DNA of 64,000 bases from Candidatus Limnocylindrales bacterium (GTDB lineage: Bacteria > Desulfobacterota > Binatia > UBA1149 > CAITLU01). A program made the position numbers and the translations under genes. The notes beneath the pieces are model-generated. The model saw nothing but the letters and a program-made list of their open reading frames with translations, searched no databases and was not told the origin of the DNA. Location: assembly GCA_035626395.1 (NCBI GenBank), contig DASPNR010000042.1, forward strand, positions 348,484 to 412,483, given 5' to 3'. This document shows positions 1-9,275 of this stretch, piece by piece (within the stretch, counting starts at the first letter, position 1; every line of letters starts with the position of its first letter).

Positions 1-2
1 AG

Positions 3-146
3 GCTGGCGAGGACTTCGCCAAGATGGTGCAGCTGGGCATCGAGTACGATCCCCAGCCGCCCTTCGACTGCGGCTCTCCGCTGAAGGCGCCGGCGCATCT
101 GCGAGAGGCGTTGCAGTCTTTGATGGAAGGCACCCGCGCCGCGTAG
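3..146 (+). CDS. 3' end of an unidentified protein (partial, 47 aa visible: ...DFAKMVQLGIEYDPQPPFDCGSPLKAPAHLREALQSLMEGTRAA*)
   Basis: Open frame entering from the window edge and ending at TAG 144-146. Amino-acid composition looks coding. No family recognised. Confidence 0.35.
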   Translation, partial: AGEDFAKMVQLGIEYDPQPPFDCGSPLKAPAHLREALQSLMEGTRAA

Positions 147-316
147 GGCGGACGCCGATAGTGCCCGATCTGCTGCGTTGCGCGGCGAGTGCTCGCTCCG
201 GCGGGCCTCCAGCCCGCCTACGCTGCGCGCTCGCTGCGCGCCTTGCATCTCGGGCACTCTCGGCGCCCGCCGCGTAGGGCGGACGCCGATAGTGCCCGAT
301 CTGCTGCGTTGCGCGG
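139..316. repeat. GC-rich intergenic repeat: identical 48-bp direct repeats at 139-186 and 269-316 inside a ~130-bp degenerate tandem duplication; a related copy lies at 56270-56442
   Basis: Exact 48-bp match (gccgcgtagggcggacgccgatagtgcccgatctgctgcgttgcgcgg) seen by eye. The flanking ~80 bp is also about 75-80% similar to the 56270-56442 copy. Confidence 0.7.
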
Positions 317-403
317 GCACGCTCGGCGCCGGCGGCGTAACTCGCATCGGCGAGCGGCCGTGGCAGACTCCTCGCACACATCTTTTCCACGAGGAGTTTG
401 CCG

Positions 404-1267
404 ATGCCGCAGGTGTTCCCGTCTCGCGTTCCGCTCGCCGTCCTTGTTGCGTTGATCTGGATCGCGCCTGCGTGGGCGCAGACGGCGGCGCCCGAACTGC
501 CGCAGCCGAGCCCGCTGGCCAAGGTCGAGCAGCGCGTCGGCGTCACCAACTTCTCGATCGAGTATTCGAGCCCGGCCGTCAAAGGCCGCACGATCTGGGG
601 CGCGCTGGTGCCGCACGACCAGCTCTGGCGCACCGGCGCCAATGCACCGACCAGGCTTACCGCCAGCCGTGATTTCGCCTTCGGCGGCAAGCAGGTGCCG
701 GCCGGCAGCTACGTGATCCTGACCATCCCCACCGCCGGTCAATGGACCGTCATCCTCAACTCGAACCTCAAGATCCAGGGGACCCGCGACTACAGCGAGA
801 GCGCCGACGTCGCGCGCGTGACCGTGCAGCCCGAAACCATCCCGCACCGCGAGCGCCTGACGTTCCTCTTCTCCGATACCACCGACAGCTCCACGCGGCT
901 GGATCTGGAATGGGAGACGATGCGCGTGTCGGTCCCGATCACCGTCGACACGGCCGCGCATGCGCGCGAGAGCATCGACAAGACGCTGGCGGAGGCGTGG
1001 CGGCCTCACTGGGCATCCGCGCGCTATCTGCTCGACACCGGCGGCGACCTCGATCTTGCGATGAGCTACATCGACACGTCCATCGGCATCAAGTCGACGT
1101 GGTGGAACCAGTGGATCAAGGCGCAGATTCTGGCGAAGAAGGGCAGGAAGGCCGACGCTGCCGCCGCGGCCGAGCAGGCGCAGACTCTCGGCAAGGGCGA
1201 CGTCATCTACGAAGCGGCGTTCAAGACCGACGTCGAGAAGAGCCTGACCGAGTGGAAGCAGCCCTGA
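404..1267 (+). CDS. DUF2911 family secreted protein (signal peptide MPQVFPSRVPLAVLVALIWIAPAWAQ)
   Basis: GAGGAG RBS 7 nt upstream of ATG 404 (the ORF-track start 398 is TTG). The RTIWGALVP...QLWRTGAN motif is typical of DUF2911. Cleavable signal peptide present. Confidence 0.7.
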   Translation: MPQVFPSRVPLAVLVALIWIAPAWAQTAAPELPQPSPLAKVEQRVGVTNFSIEYSSPAVKGRTIWGALVPHDQLWRTGANAPTRLTASRDFAFGGKQVPAGSYVILTIPTAGQWTVILNSNLKIQGTRDYSESADVARVTVQPETIPHRERLTFLFSDTTDSSTRLDLEWETMRVSVPITVDTAAHARESIDKTLAEAWRPHWASARYLLDTGGDLDLAMSYIDTSIGIKSTWWNQWIKAQILAKKGRKADAAAAAEQAQTLGKGDVIYEAAFKTDVEKSLTEWKQP

Positions 1268-1296
1268 CCGGCCGGCGCTGAGCGCGGCGGCCCGAC

Positions 1297-2943
1297 GTGC
1301 CCCAGAGCATCTTCGAAGCGTATCTCGGCGGCGCAGCGACGCCGCTGTACGGCGCGCATTTCGCCGACGCGCCGGCGCGTCGCGCTGCCGTCGCGCGCGC
1401 CTGCGGCAGGCCGCTCGACGGCCGCGTCGCCGGCGTGCTCCAGCGGCAGAATGCGGCGTACGCGACCAGTGCCGCACGTGACGACAACCTGCGCGCGCTG
1501 CGCGACGGCGCCGCTGCGGTCGTCACCGGGCAGCAGGTCGGGCTGTTTGTCGGGCCGCTCTTCAACCTCTACAAGGCGGCAACGGCCATCGCCGCCGCTC
1601 GTGCGATGTCGCGGGAGTCGGGCACGGCGGTGGTGCCGGTCTTCTGGCTGCAGACCGAGGACCACGACCTTCCCGAGATAGCCGAGATCCGCGTGCTTTC
1701 CTCGCACCCGCGGCGGCTGTGCGTGGCCGCTTCTCCTGACGAGCGTATCTCGCTTGCTCACCGAACGCTTCCTCCGGAGATCGACGACTGCCTGGCCCAG
1801 CTGCACCAGGATCTGGCAGGGCTGCCCTATGCCGACGAGCACTTGCAGCGGCTGCGACGGCATTATCGGCCGGGGCGGCGCTGGGCGTCGGCATTTGGCG
1901 GTGTGCTCGCGGAGCTGTTCGCGCCCGAGGGGCTGGTGCTGATCGACCCGCGCGACGAGGAGCTGGCGGCCGTTGCGGCGCCGGTGCATCGACGTGCGCT
2001 GCAGGAGGCCGCCACCCTCGCCGACGCCCTCGTGCAGCGAACGAGCGAGCTGGAGAACGCGGGCTATCCGGCGACGGTGCACGTGCGCGAGGGAGCCCCG
2101 CTGGCATTCTTCCATCCGCATGGAAGCGAGGGCCCGCGATATCGCCTCGAGCCGCGCGACGGCCGCTTCGCCGAAGTCGGCGGCACGGGCTCGCACTCGC
2201 TCCAGGATCTGCTGGCGGCGCTGGAGCAGGATCCGCTGCGCTTCAGCAGCAGCGCGCTGCTGCGGCCGGTGGTGCAGGACGCGCTGCTTCCCACCGCCGC
2301 CTACGTCGGCGGCCCGGGGGAAGTTGCGTACTTTGCGCAGCTCGCGCCGCTGTACGCCGCCTGCGGCATGGCGATGCCGCTGGTGGTGCCGCGCGCGCGC
2401 ATCCGACTGATCGAAGAGCGCGCGCGCCGCGTGCTCGCCCGTCTCGGCTTGCACGCCGACGATCTCGGGCGCAGCGACGACGCCATCCTGGCAGCGGCCG
2501 GCATGGCCGCGACGCAGGAGAATCCGGCTGCCGAGCTGCTGCGGTCCTTCGACGCCGCGCTCGACAGGTGCCGCGCGGACATCGAAAGCGCCGGCCCCGG
2601 ACTTCCCGATGCGTTGGCCAAGACGCATGCAACGGTGGAGCGGGCGTTGCTGCGCCTGGCCGAGAAGATCGAGCGCGCGCGGCTGTATCGCGATCAGTCG
2701 CTGGTCGAGGACGTGCGGCGCCTGCGCACGTGGCTGCGGCCGGAAGGCCAGCCGCAGGAGCGCTACTACGGCCTTGCCTATTTCGCCGCGCGCTACGGGG
2801 AGCGCGCGGTGCTCGAGACGGTGCTGCACGCGATCGACCCGTTTGCCGGAGCAGCCATCGACGTCGACCTGGGCGAGCCGTCGCCGGCAGCGGCGGCGGC
2901 CGCAGGTAGGACGATGAGCGCGAGCGTCACAGGAGCACGATGA
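1297..2943 (+). CDS. bshC: Bacillithiol biosynthesis cysteine-adding enzyme BshC (YllA family)
   Basis: Conserved VTGQQVGLFVGPLFNLYK ... PVFWLQTEDHDLPEI block matches the BshC signature (GGQQAGLLTGPLYTIHK ... PVFWVAGEDHD). Length ~548 aa. Stop overlaps the bshA start (ATGA). Confidence 0.8.
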   Translation: MPQSIFEAYLGGAATPLYGAHFADAPARRAAVARACGRPLDGRVAGVLQRQNAAYATSAARDDNLRALRDGAAAVVTGQQVGLFVGPLFNLYKAATAIAAARAMSRESGTAVVPVFWLQTEDHDLPEIAEIRVLSSHPRRLCVAASPDERISLAHRTLPPEIDDCLAQLHQDLAGLPYADEHLQRLRRHYRPGRRWASAFGGVLAELFAPEGLVLIDPRDEELAAVAAPVHRRALQEAATLADALVQRTSELENAGYPATVHVREGAPLAFFHPHGSEGPRYRLEPRDGRFAEVGGTGSHSLQDLLAALEQDPLRFSSSALLRPVVQDALLPTAAYVGGPGEVAYFAQLAPLYAACGMAMPLVVPRARIRLIEERARRVLARLGLHADDLGRSDDAILAAAGMAATQENPAAELLRSFDAALDRCRADIESAGPGLPDALAKTHATVERALLRLAEKIERARLYRDQSLVEDVRRLRTWLRPEGQPQERYYGLAYFAARYGERAVLETVLHAIDPFAGAAIDVDLGEPSPAAAAAAGRTMSASVTGAR

Positions 2944-4148
2944 GCGCGAGCAGCGTCAGCGCGAGCCTGGCCGTCGGAATCGTCTGCTATCCGACGCTCG
3001 GTGGCAGCAGCGTCATCGCTTCCGATCTGGCGGTCGGGCTGGCCGGTGCAGGGCATCGGGTGCACGTCATCGCCAGCGCTCCGCCGAGCCGCCCGCTGCC
3101 GGAGTCGGACCGGCTGTTCTTCCACGAGGTCGCGGTGTCGACGACGCCGCTGTTCGAGAACCCGCCGTACGCCATGGCCGTGGCGGCGACGATCCTGGGC
3201 GTATGCAGCGAGCACGAGCTCGATCTGGTGCACGTCCACTACGCCGTGCCCCATGCAACCAGCGCCTACCTGGCGCGTCAGGTGCTGGCCGCCGGCAACG
3301 GCGCGAAGCGGCCGCGGATGATCTGCACGCTCCACGGAACCGATGTCACTCGCACCGACGGGGACCCGGCCTACCGCGACCTCACCCGCTTTGCCGTCGC
3401 CACCTGCGACGGCGTCACGGTCCCGTCGCAGTTTCTCCGCGAAGCGGCGTACCAGCGGCTCGGCCTGCCGCGCCACCTCGAGGTCGAGGTCATCGCCAAC
3501 TTCGTCGACACCGAGCACTTCACTCCTGCCACGCAGCGCGACCGCACGCGGCTGGAGGACCTTTTCGCGGCGGCGGCCGGTCCGCAGTGCGAGCACGACG
3601 GGCCCGTGCTGTTCCACGTCTCCAACTTCCGTCCCGTCAAGCGCACCGGCGATCTGTTCGAGGTTCTGGCGCGCGTGCGCAAGCACGTGCCGGCGCGTCT
3701 GGTGCTGGTCGGTGACGGTCCCGAGCGCAGCCACGCGGCGCAGCGTGCGCGCGAGCTCGGCCTGACGCGGGCGGTGTGCTTTCTCGGCAAGCGCGGCGAC
3801 TTCGTCGAGCACCTGCGGCACGCGGACGCGTTCGTGCTGCCGAGCCAGAGCGAGAGCTTCGGCGTGGCGGCGCTGGAGGCGATGAGCGCGGGCGTGCCGG
3901 TGTTCGGCTACCGCGTCGGCGGACTGCCCGAGGTCGTCGGCGAGGACGCGGGTACGCTGGTCGAGCCGTTCGATGTCGATGCGCTGGCCGCGGCGGTGGT
4001 GGCCGTGCTGCAGGATCCGCAGCGGCGCGGCGCCATGGGAAGCGCGGCGCGCGCACGCGCGGTGGAGCGGTTCCGATGCGAAACCGCGCTGGAGCGTTAC
4101 GTCGCCTACTACCGGCGGATCCTCGCGAGCGGCCGGTCGAAGGCATGA
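2940..4148 (+). CDS. bshA: N-acetyl-alpha-D-glucosaminyl L-malate synthase BshA (GT4 glycosyltransferase)
   Basis: GIVCYPTLGGS, HVHYAVPHA, LHGTDVT, HVSNFRPVKR, LVGDGPE, SESFGVAALEAMSAGVP motifs line up with Bacillus BshA. ATGA coupling to bshC and to the next gene. Confidence 0.85.
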   Translation: MSASSVSASLAVGIVCYPTLGGSSVIASDLAVGLAGAGHRVHVIASAPPSRPLPESDRLFFHEVAVSTTPLFENPPYAMAVAATILGVCSEHELDLVHVHYAVPHATSAYLARQVLAAGNGAKRPRMICTLHGTDVTRTDGDPAYRDLTRFAVATCDGVTVPSQFLREAAYQRLGLPRHLEVEVIANFVDTEHFTPATQRDRTRLEDLFAAAAGPQCEHDGPVLFHVSNFRPVKRTGDLFEVLARVRKHVPARLVLVGDGPERSHAAQRARELGLTRAVCFLGKRGDFVEHLRHADAFVLPSQSESFGVAALEAMSAGVPVFGYRVGGLPEVVGEDAGTLVEPFDVDALAAAVVAVLQDPQRRGAMGSAARARAVERFRCETALERYVAYYRRILASGRSKA

Positions 4149-6697
4149 AAGCTACGGTGAACGTTGCCGGCACGCGCGATGCCCGCACGCGCGCGCCGAG
4201 TGGGCGCAGCCACCGGGCGATCGGTGCGACGTGCATGCTGGCGGCGATGCTGCTGGCGGCGCCGCCGGTGCAGGCTCAGGAGCCTCTCATGCATGCAGGA
4301 ATGCTGGCACATGCGCTCGATCGGCTCACGGTGACGGGCCGCGTGCTCTACGTGGCCGCGCATCCGGACGATGAGAACACGCGCCTTCTCACCTACCTCT
4401 CCAACGGCCGCCACTGGACGGCGGCCTATCTGTCGATGACTCGCGGCGGCGGCGGCCAGAACCTGATCGGCACCGAGCAGGACGCGCTTCTCGACGTCCT
4501 GCGCACCGAGGAGCTGCTGGCGGCGCGCAGGCTCGACGGCGCGCAGCAGCGCTTCACGCGCATGCGCGACTTCGGCTTCTCCAAGAGCGCGCAGGAGACG
4601 CTGTCGATCTGGGGGCATGAGGAGGCGTTGTCGGACGTCGTATGGGTGATCCGCACGTTCCAGCCCGACGTCGTCATCGCACGCTTCAACGAGCTTCCGC
4701 CCAATCACGGCCACCATACGGCCTCCGCGATCCTGGCGCGCGAGGCGGTGGAGGCGGCGGCCGATGCCGACCGCTTCACCGATCAGCTCGGGCGCGGCGC
4801 CAGCGTGTGGAAGGTGCATCGCCTCGTGCTCAACGTTCCGTCCTGGAGCGAGGCTCCGCCGCCGCCGGCCGATGCCATCGTGCTGGACGTGGGGCAGTAC
4901 GACGCGCGGCTGGGGCTCGGCTACTCGGATCTGGCCGCGCGCTCGCGCAGCCTGCACAAGAGCCAGGGCTTCGGCACGGCCGGCGAGCGCGGCGCAGTGC
5001 TCGAGCGCTTCGTGCCGGTGTCCGGTGCGCCGCTGGCGGGCGATATCCTCGAAGGGATCGATGCCAGCTGGATGCGCTACGGTGCAGCTGCCGCACCGCT
5101 GGTCGAAGCGCTGAGCGCAGCCGGGCGCGCGCTCGACCGCGACGCGCCCGAGAAGGCGGTTCCCGCGCTGCTGTCGGCGCGGACGGCGCTGGCGGCACTG
5201 CCGCAGCACGACGTGCGCGTGCGCGATGCACGCGCCGCCCTGGAGGCGGTGGTTGCGGCAGCAACGGGGCTTTACGTGCGCGCGACGGCGGAGCGGCCGG
5301 AGGCCGTGCCCGGCAGCAGCGTCAAGATCAAGCTGGAGGTGACCGCGCGGCGCGAGCACCCGATGCGGCTGCGGCGCGTGTCGTTTCCCGGCGCCGAGCC
5401 GGTGGCCGACGACTCGGCGCTGGCCGTCAATCAGAAGAAGGAGATCAGCGTGGTCGTTGCCGTCCCGGCCGATGCGCCGATCTCGGCGCCGTACTGGCTG
5501 GCGGCTCCTTCCCGTTCCGGACACCAGGTCGTCGAGGACCTGCGTCTGGTCGGCGAGCCGAGCGGCCCGCCGCCGCTGTCGGTCGGCGTCGATCTCGACG
5601 TCGGCGGTCACGAGATGCACGTCGACGTGCCGGTGGTGTTCGCGTGGGTGGATGGAGTGCAGGGCGAGCGGGTGCGCAGCTTCCTGGTGGTGCCGCCGGC
5701 CACGGTGACGCCGTCGCGTCAGGCAGTGATGCTGCGCAGCGGGGCGCCGGCGCCGGTGTCGCTGCGCATCCGTGCAGGCAGGGACGAGCTCAGCGGCGAA
5801 GTCGGTCTCGAGCTGCCGGCCGGCTGGACTGCGCAGCCGCCGGTCGTGCCCGTGACGCTGGCCAAGGCGGGCGACGAGACCACGGTGCAACTGCTGCTGA
5901 CGCCGCCGGCCGGCGCCGCCGGCGGCGTTCGCATTCGCCCGTACTATCAGGAGCATGGCCGGCGATGGTCGCACCGCCGCGACGTCATCGATTACGCGCA
6001 CGTGCCCATGCAGGTCGTGCTGCAGCCGGCCGAGATCGCCGCGGTGCCGCTCGAGCTGGAGCTGCCCGGCGGACGCATCGGCTTCATCGAGGGGCCCGGC
6101 GATACGGTGGCCGAAGACCTGGGGCACGTCGGCGCGGCGGTGGAGCTGCTCGACGATGCGGCCATCTCCGGCGGCGATCTGTCGCAGTACTCGGCGATCC
6201 TGGTCGGCATCCGCGCCTACAACACTCGCGCGGTCCTTCGCAGCGCGCACGAGCGCCTCATGCGCTACGTGGAGCAGGGCGGGACGGTGGTGGTGCAGTA
6301 CAACACCAACAGCCGCCTTGCGCCGCTCAGCACGCCGATCGGTCCGTATCCGCTGACCATCGGGCGCGAGCGCGTGACGGACGAGACGGCGCCGATGACG
6401 CCGCTGGATCGCGAGATGGCCGTGCTGCACTCGCCCAACGTGATCACCGAGGCGGATTTCGAGGGCTGGGTGCAGGAGCGAGGGCTGTATTTCGCCGAAA
6501 GCTGGGACGACCGTTATCTGCCTGTCTTCGAAAGCGGCGATCCGGGCGAGAAGCCGCTTCGCGGCGGTGTTCTGATCACGACGCATGGTCGTGGCCGCTA
6601 CGTCTACACGGGACTGTCCTTCTTCCGTCAGCTCCCGGCCGGCGTGCCCGGTGCCTACCGGCTGCTCGCCAACCTGCTGTCGCGCCCGCAGCCATGA
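4145..6697 (+). CDS. PIG-L/LmbE family deacetylase (BshB-like N-terminal domain) with predicted signal peptide and ~600-aa C-terminal extension of unknown function
   Basis: VLYVAAHPDDENTRLL ... HGHHTASAILAREAV matches PIG-L/LmbE zinc deacetylases. Start ATG overlaps the bshA stop (ATGA), so the long in-frame upstream part of ORF 3776.. is not used. N-terminus has a hydrophobic h-region ending AQA-QEP. Confidence 0.7.
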   Translation: MKATVNVAGTRDARTRAPSGRSHRAIGATCMLAAMLLAAPPVQAQEPLMHAGMLAHALDRLTVTGRVLYVAAHPDDENTRLLTYLSNGRHWTAAYLSMTRGGGGQNLIGTEQDALLDVLRTEELLAARRLDGAQQRFTRMRDFGFSKSAQETLSIWGHEEALSDVVWVIRTFQPDVVIARFNELPPNHGHHTASAILAREAVEAAADADRFTDQLGRGASVWKVHRLVLNVPSWSEAPPPPADAIVLDVGQYDARLGLGYSDLAARSRSLHKSQGFGTAGERGAVLERFVPVSGAPLAGDILEGIDASWMRYGAAAAPLVEALSAAGRALDRDAPEKAVPALLSARTALAALPQHDVRVRDARAALEAVVAAATGLYVRATAERPEAVPGSSVKIKLEVTARREHPMRLRRVSFPGAEPVADDSALAVNQKKEISVVVAVPADAPISAPYWLAAPSRSGHQVVEDLRLVGEPSGPPPLSVGVDLDVGGHEMHVDVPVVFAWVDGVQGERVRSFLVVPPATVTPSRQAVMLRSGAPAPVSLRIRAGRDELSGEVGLELPAGWTAQPPVVPVTLAKAGDETTVQLLLTPPAGAAGGVRIRPYYQEHGRRWSHRRDVIDYAHVPMQVVLQPAEIAAVPLELELPGGRIGFIEGPGDTVAEDLGHVGAAVELLDDAAISGGDLSQYSAILVGIRAYNTRAVLRSAHERLMRYVEQGGTVVVQYNTNSRLAPLSTPIGPYPLTIGRERVTDETAPMTPLDREMAVLHSPNVITEADFEGWVQERGLYFAESWDDRYLPVFESGDPGEKPLRGGVLITTHGRGRYVYTGLSFFRQLPAGVPGAYRLLANLLSRPQP

Positions 6698-6716
6698 CGG
6701 AGACGCGGAGGCGGCC

Positions 6717-6869
6717 ATGACTGGCATGGACACCGACGACAGGACGGCCGACGCCGCCGAAGCACCGCCGCCGCTCCTTCGAACCTGGCGCAACCTCTAC
6801 CTGCTGGTGCTAGGCGAGCTGCTGGCGCTGGTGGCGATCTTCTGGGCGCTGACGAGGTGGGCATCGTGA
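6717..6869 (+). CDS. DUF4212-like solute:sodium symporter small subunit (50 aa, one TM helix)
   Basis: GGAGG 6 nt upstream of the ATG. TWRNLYLLVLGELLALVAIFW resembles the YWRKNLRLI..LLAIWF signature of DUF4212. Sits directly upstream of an SSS transporter. Confidence 0.5.
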   Translation: MTGMDTDDRTADAAEAPPPLLRTWRNLYLLVLGELLALVAIFWALTRWAS

Positions 6870-6972
6870 GCGCTGCACGAGTCCTTCACGATGCCGGCGC
6901 ACCGGCCGGCGACGTCCGTGTCGTGAGCGCGGCATACACGGCGCACGCAGGCCGGCCGGCGAGGCAGGCCCG

Positions 6973-8652
6973 ATGAGCGTCGTCGACTGGGCCGTCATGC
7001 TCGGCACCATCGCCTTCATCGTCCTCTACGGGATCTGGAGGACGCGCGGCGCCGCTGATATCGACACCTACTTCCGCGGCGGCAACACGCTGCGCTGGCC
7101 TACCATCGGCCTGAGCATCATGGCCACGCAGGCCAGCGCCATCACCTTCCTGTCCACGCCAGGCCAGGCCTACGAAGACGGCATGCGGTTCGTGCAGTTC
7201 TACCTCGGGCTGCCGCTGGCGATGATCGTCATCAGCGCCGTCTTCGTGCCCATCTACTACCGGCTGGGCGTCTACACTGCCTACGAGGTGCTCGAGCACC
7301 GCTTCGATGCGCGCGTGCGTTACCTCGGCGCCGTGCTTTTCCTCATTCAGCGCGGGCTGGCTGCCGGCATCACGATCTACGCCCCCGCGATCATTCTCAG
7401 CGCCATTCTCGGTTGGGACCTCCAGCTGACGGTCCTGGCCATCGGAGCGGTGGTCATCGTCTATACCGTCACCGGCGGAACCAATGCCGTGGCGCAGACG
7501 CAGAAGCAGCAGATGATCGTGATGCTCACCGGCATGGTGGTGGCGGCCGTGGCCGTGTACGTGCGCCTGCCGCAGCAGGTCGGGCTTCCCGAGGCTCTTC
7601 ATCTTGCCGGTGCCCTCGATCGCATGAACGTGCTGAGCTTCGAGCTGGACCCGGACAGCCGCTACAACTTCTGGTCGGGAATCACCGGCGGGTTCTTCCT
7701 GGCGCTGTCGTACTTCGGCACCGACCAGTCGCAGGTGCAGCGGTATCTCTCAGGCCGGTCGGTGACCGAGAGCCGGCTGGGCCTGCTGTTCAACGGGATG
7801 CTGAAGATCCCGATGCAGTTCCTCATCCTGATGACGGGCGTGCTGGTGTTCGTGTTCCACCTGTTCACGCCCGCGCCGGTCTTCTTCAACGAGCCGGCGC
7901 TGGCGAGGATCGAGACGACGGCGCATGCGGGCGAGCTGCGCGAGCTGCAGGGCCGCTACGCGACGGCTGCCGCGCGGCAGACGGCTGCGGCCATGGCCTT
8001 CGTGGGGGCGGGAGAGGGGGACGACGTTGTCCGGCAGGAGCTTCGCGCGGCGGCGGCCGAGATCGGCGCTCTTCGCAAGGAGGCCAAGGCGCTGGTCGCC
8101 CGCGCCCTTCCCGACGCCGAGACGCAGGACGCCGACTACATCTTTCTCGGGTTCGTGCTGCGCTACGTCCCGGCCGGTCTGGTTGGGCTGCTGGTGGCGG
8201 TCATCCTCTGCGCAGCCATGAGCTCCATCGCCAGCGAGCTGGCCGCCCTCGGCGCCACCACCACCGTCGATCTCTACAAGACCCTGGTCGCGTCGGGCAG
8301 CTCGCCGCGCGCGGACCTCATGGCTTCCAAGGGATTCACCATCCTGTGGGGACTGATGGCAGTGGCCTTCGCGAGCTTCGCCGCGCTGCTCGACAACCTG
8401 ATCGAAGCGGTCAACATCCTCGGCTCGATCTTCTACGGCACGGTGCTTGGCCTCTTCCTGGTCGCGTTCTTCCTGCGCCGCGTCACGGCGACGCCCGTCC
8501 TCGTGGGTGCCGCGGTGGCGCAAACGACGGTGATCGGCCTGTTCTTCTTCTCCGACCTCGGGTTCTTGTGGTTCAACGCCATCGGCTGTTCCCTGGTCGT
8601 GGTGGTGGCGATGATGGCAGAGGCCCTGCGCAAAGTTTCACCGGCTGCCTGA
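6973..8652 (+). CDS. Sodium:solute symporter family (SSS) transporter, large subunit
   Basis: Multi-TM protein with SSF signature regions (GGNTLRWPTIGLSIMATQASAITFLSTPG, YTAYEVLEHRF). Paired with the DUF4212 small ORF. Confidence 0.8.
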   Translation: MSVVDWAVMLGTIAFIVLYGIWRTRGAADIDTYFRGGNTLRWPTIGLSIMATQASAITFLSTPGQAYEDGMRFVQFYLGLPLAMIVISAVFVPIYYRLGVYTAYEVLEHRFDARVRYLGAVLFLIQRGLAAGITIYAPAIILSAILGWDLQLTVLAIGAVVIVYTVTGGTNAVAQTQKQQMIVMLTGMVVAAVAVYVRLPQQVGLPEALHLAGALDRMNVLSFELDPDSRYNFWSGITGGFFLALSYFGTDQSQVQRYLSGRSVTESRLGLLFNGMLKIPMQFLILMTGVLVFVFHLFTPAPVFFNEPALARIETTAHAGELRELQGRYATAAARQTAAAMAFVGAGEGDDVVRQELRAAAAEIGALRKEAKALVARALPDAETQDADYIFLGFVLRYVPAGLVGLLVAVILCAAMSSIASELAALGATTTVDLYKTLVASGSSPRADLMASKGFTILWGLMAVAFASFAALLDNLIEAVNILGSIFYGTVLGLFLVAFFLRRVTATPVLVGAAVAQTTVIGLFFFSDLGFLWFNAIGCSLVVVVAMMAEALRKVSPAA

Positions 8653-8817
8653 CGGCCGCTGCGCGTTCGAAGAATCAGCCGCGCCTTTCGGACCGCCTTC
8701 GTCGACAACGGGAGCTGCCAGGAGCCTGACGCGCGTGCGTCCCCGGCGGCCAGGGCATTCCTGGCTCGCCGCCGCCGCGTTAGCCTGGATCCATGATCTC
8801 GCCGACGCGACGGAGGT

Positions 8818-9267
8818 ATGGATGTGAATGGTAACTGGTTCGAGCGGTTCGCCAGGGCATTGGCGCTGCGGACGGGCCGTCCTTCGACGTTCGGGGTCGC
8901 CGTGGCCCTGGTCGTCATCTGGGCGCTGACGGGGCCGATGTTCGGCTACAGCGACACGTGGCAGCTCGTCATCAACACCTCGACGACCATCGTCACGTTC
9001 CTGATGGTGTTCCTGATCCAGAACACGCAGAACCGGGACACCGTGGCGATGCAGCTCAAGCTCGACGAGCTGATCCGCTGCACGAAGGGCGCGCACAACG
9101 CGTTGCTGAACCTGGAGGCGATCGACGAGGCGCACCTGTCGGTGTTCCAGGCGAAGTATCAGGAGCTGGCCGAGCTCGGACGCAAGGCGATCCACGACGG
9201 CCTGAAAGACACGGGAACCGTCGACTTCGACTTCGACGGGGTGCTGGAGGAGGAAAGGGCGGAGTAG
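8818..9267 (+). CDS. Low-affinity iron permease family protein (PF04120-like small membrane protein)
   Basis: WQLVINTSTTIVTFLMVFLIQNTQNRDT...QLKLDELI matches the bacterial Iron_permease family core. GGAGGT directly abuts the ATG, so the in-frame GTG at 8824 is an alternative start. Confidence 0.6.
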   Translation: MDVNGNWFERFARALALRTGRPSTFGVAVALVVIWALTGPMFGYSDTWQLVINTSTTIVTFLMVFLIQNTQNRDTVAMQLKLDELIRCTKGAHNALLNLEAIDEAHLSVFQAKYQELAELGRKAIHDGLKDTGTVDFDFDGVLEEERAE

Positions 9268-9275
9268 GCCGTGGC

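Noticed and set aside
178-672. Overlapping ORFs 178..672(+), 189..455(+) and 218..1477(-) across the repeat region
   Set aside because: They traverse the tandem GC-rich repeat and overlap the well-supported DUF2911 gene. Translations are Arg/Ala-rich low complexity.
3776-4144. Upstream extension of the PIG-L ORF overlapping bshA
   Set aside because: Lies entirely inside bshA in another frame. The ATG at 4145 overlaps the bshA stop in the classic ATGA coupling arrangement.
4109-6793. 894-aa ORF on the minus strand
   Set aside because: Antisense to the PIG-L gene. Arg/Ala/Gly-rich translation typical of a spurious open frame in high-GC DNA. No motifs.
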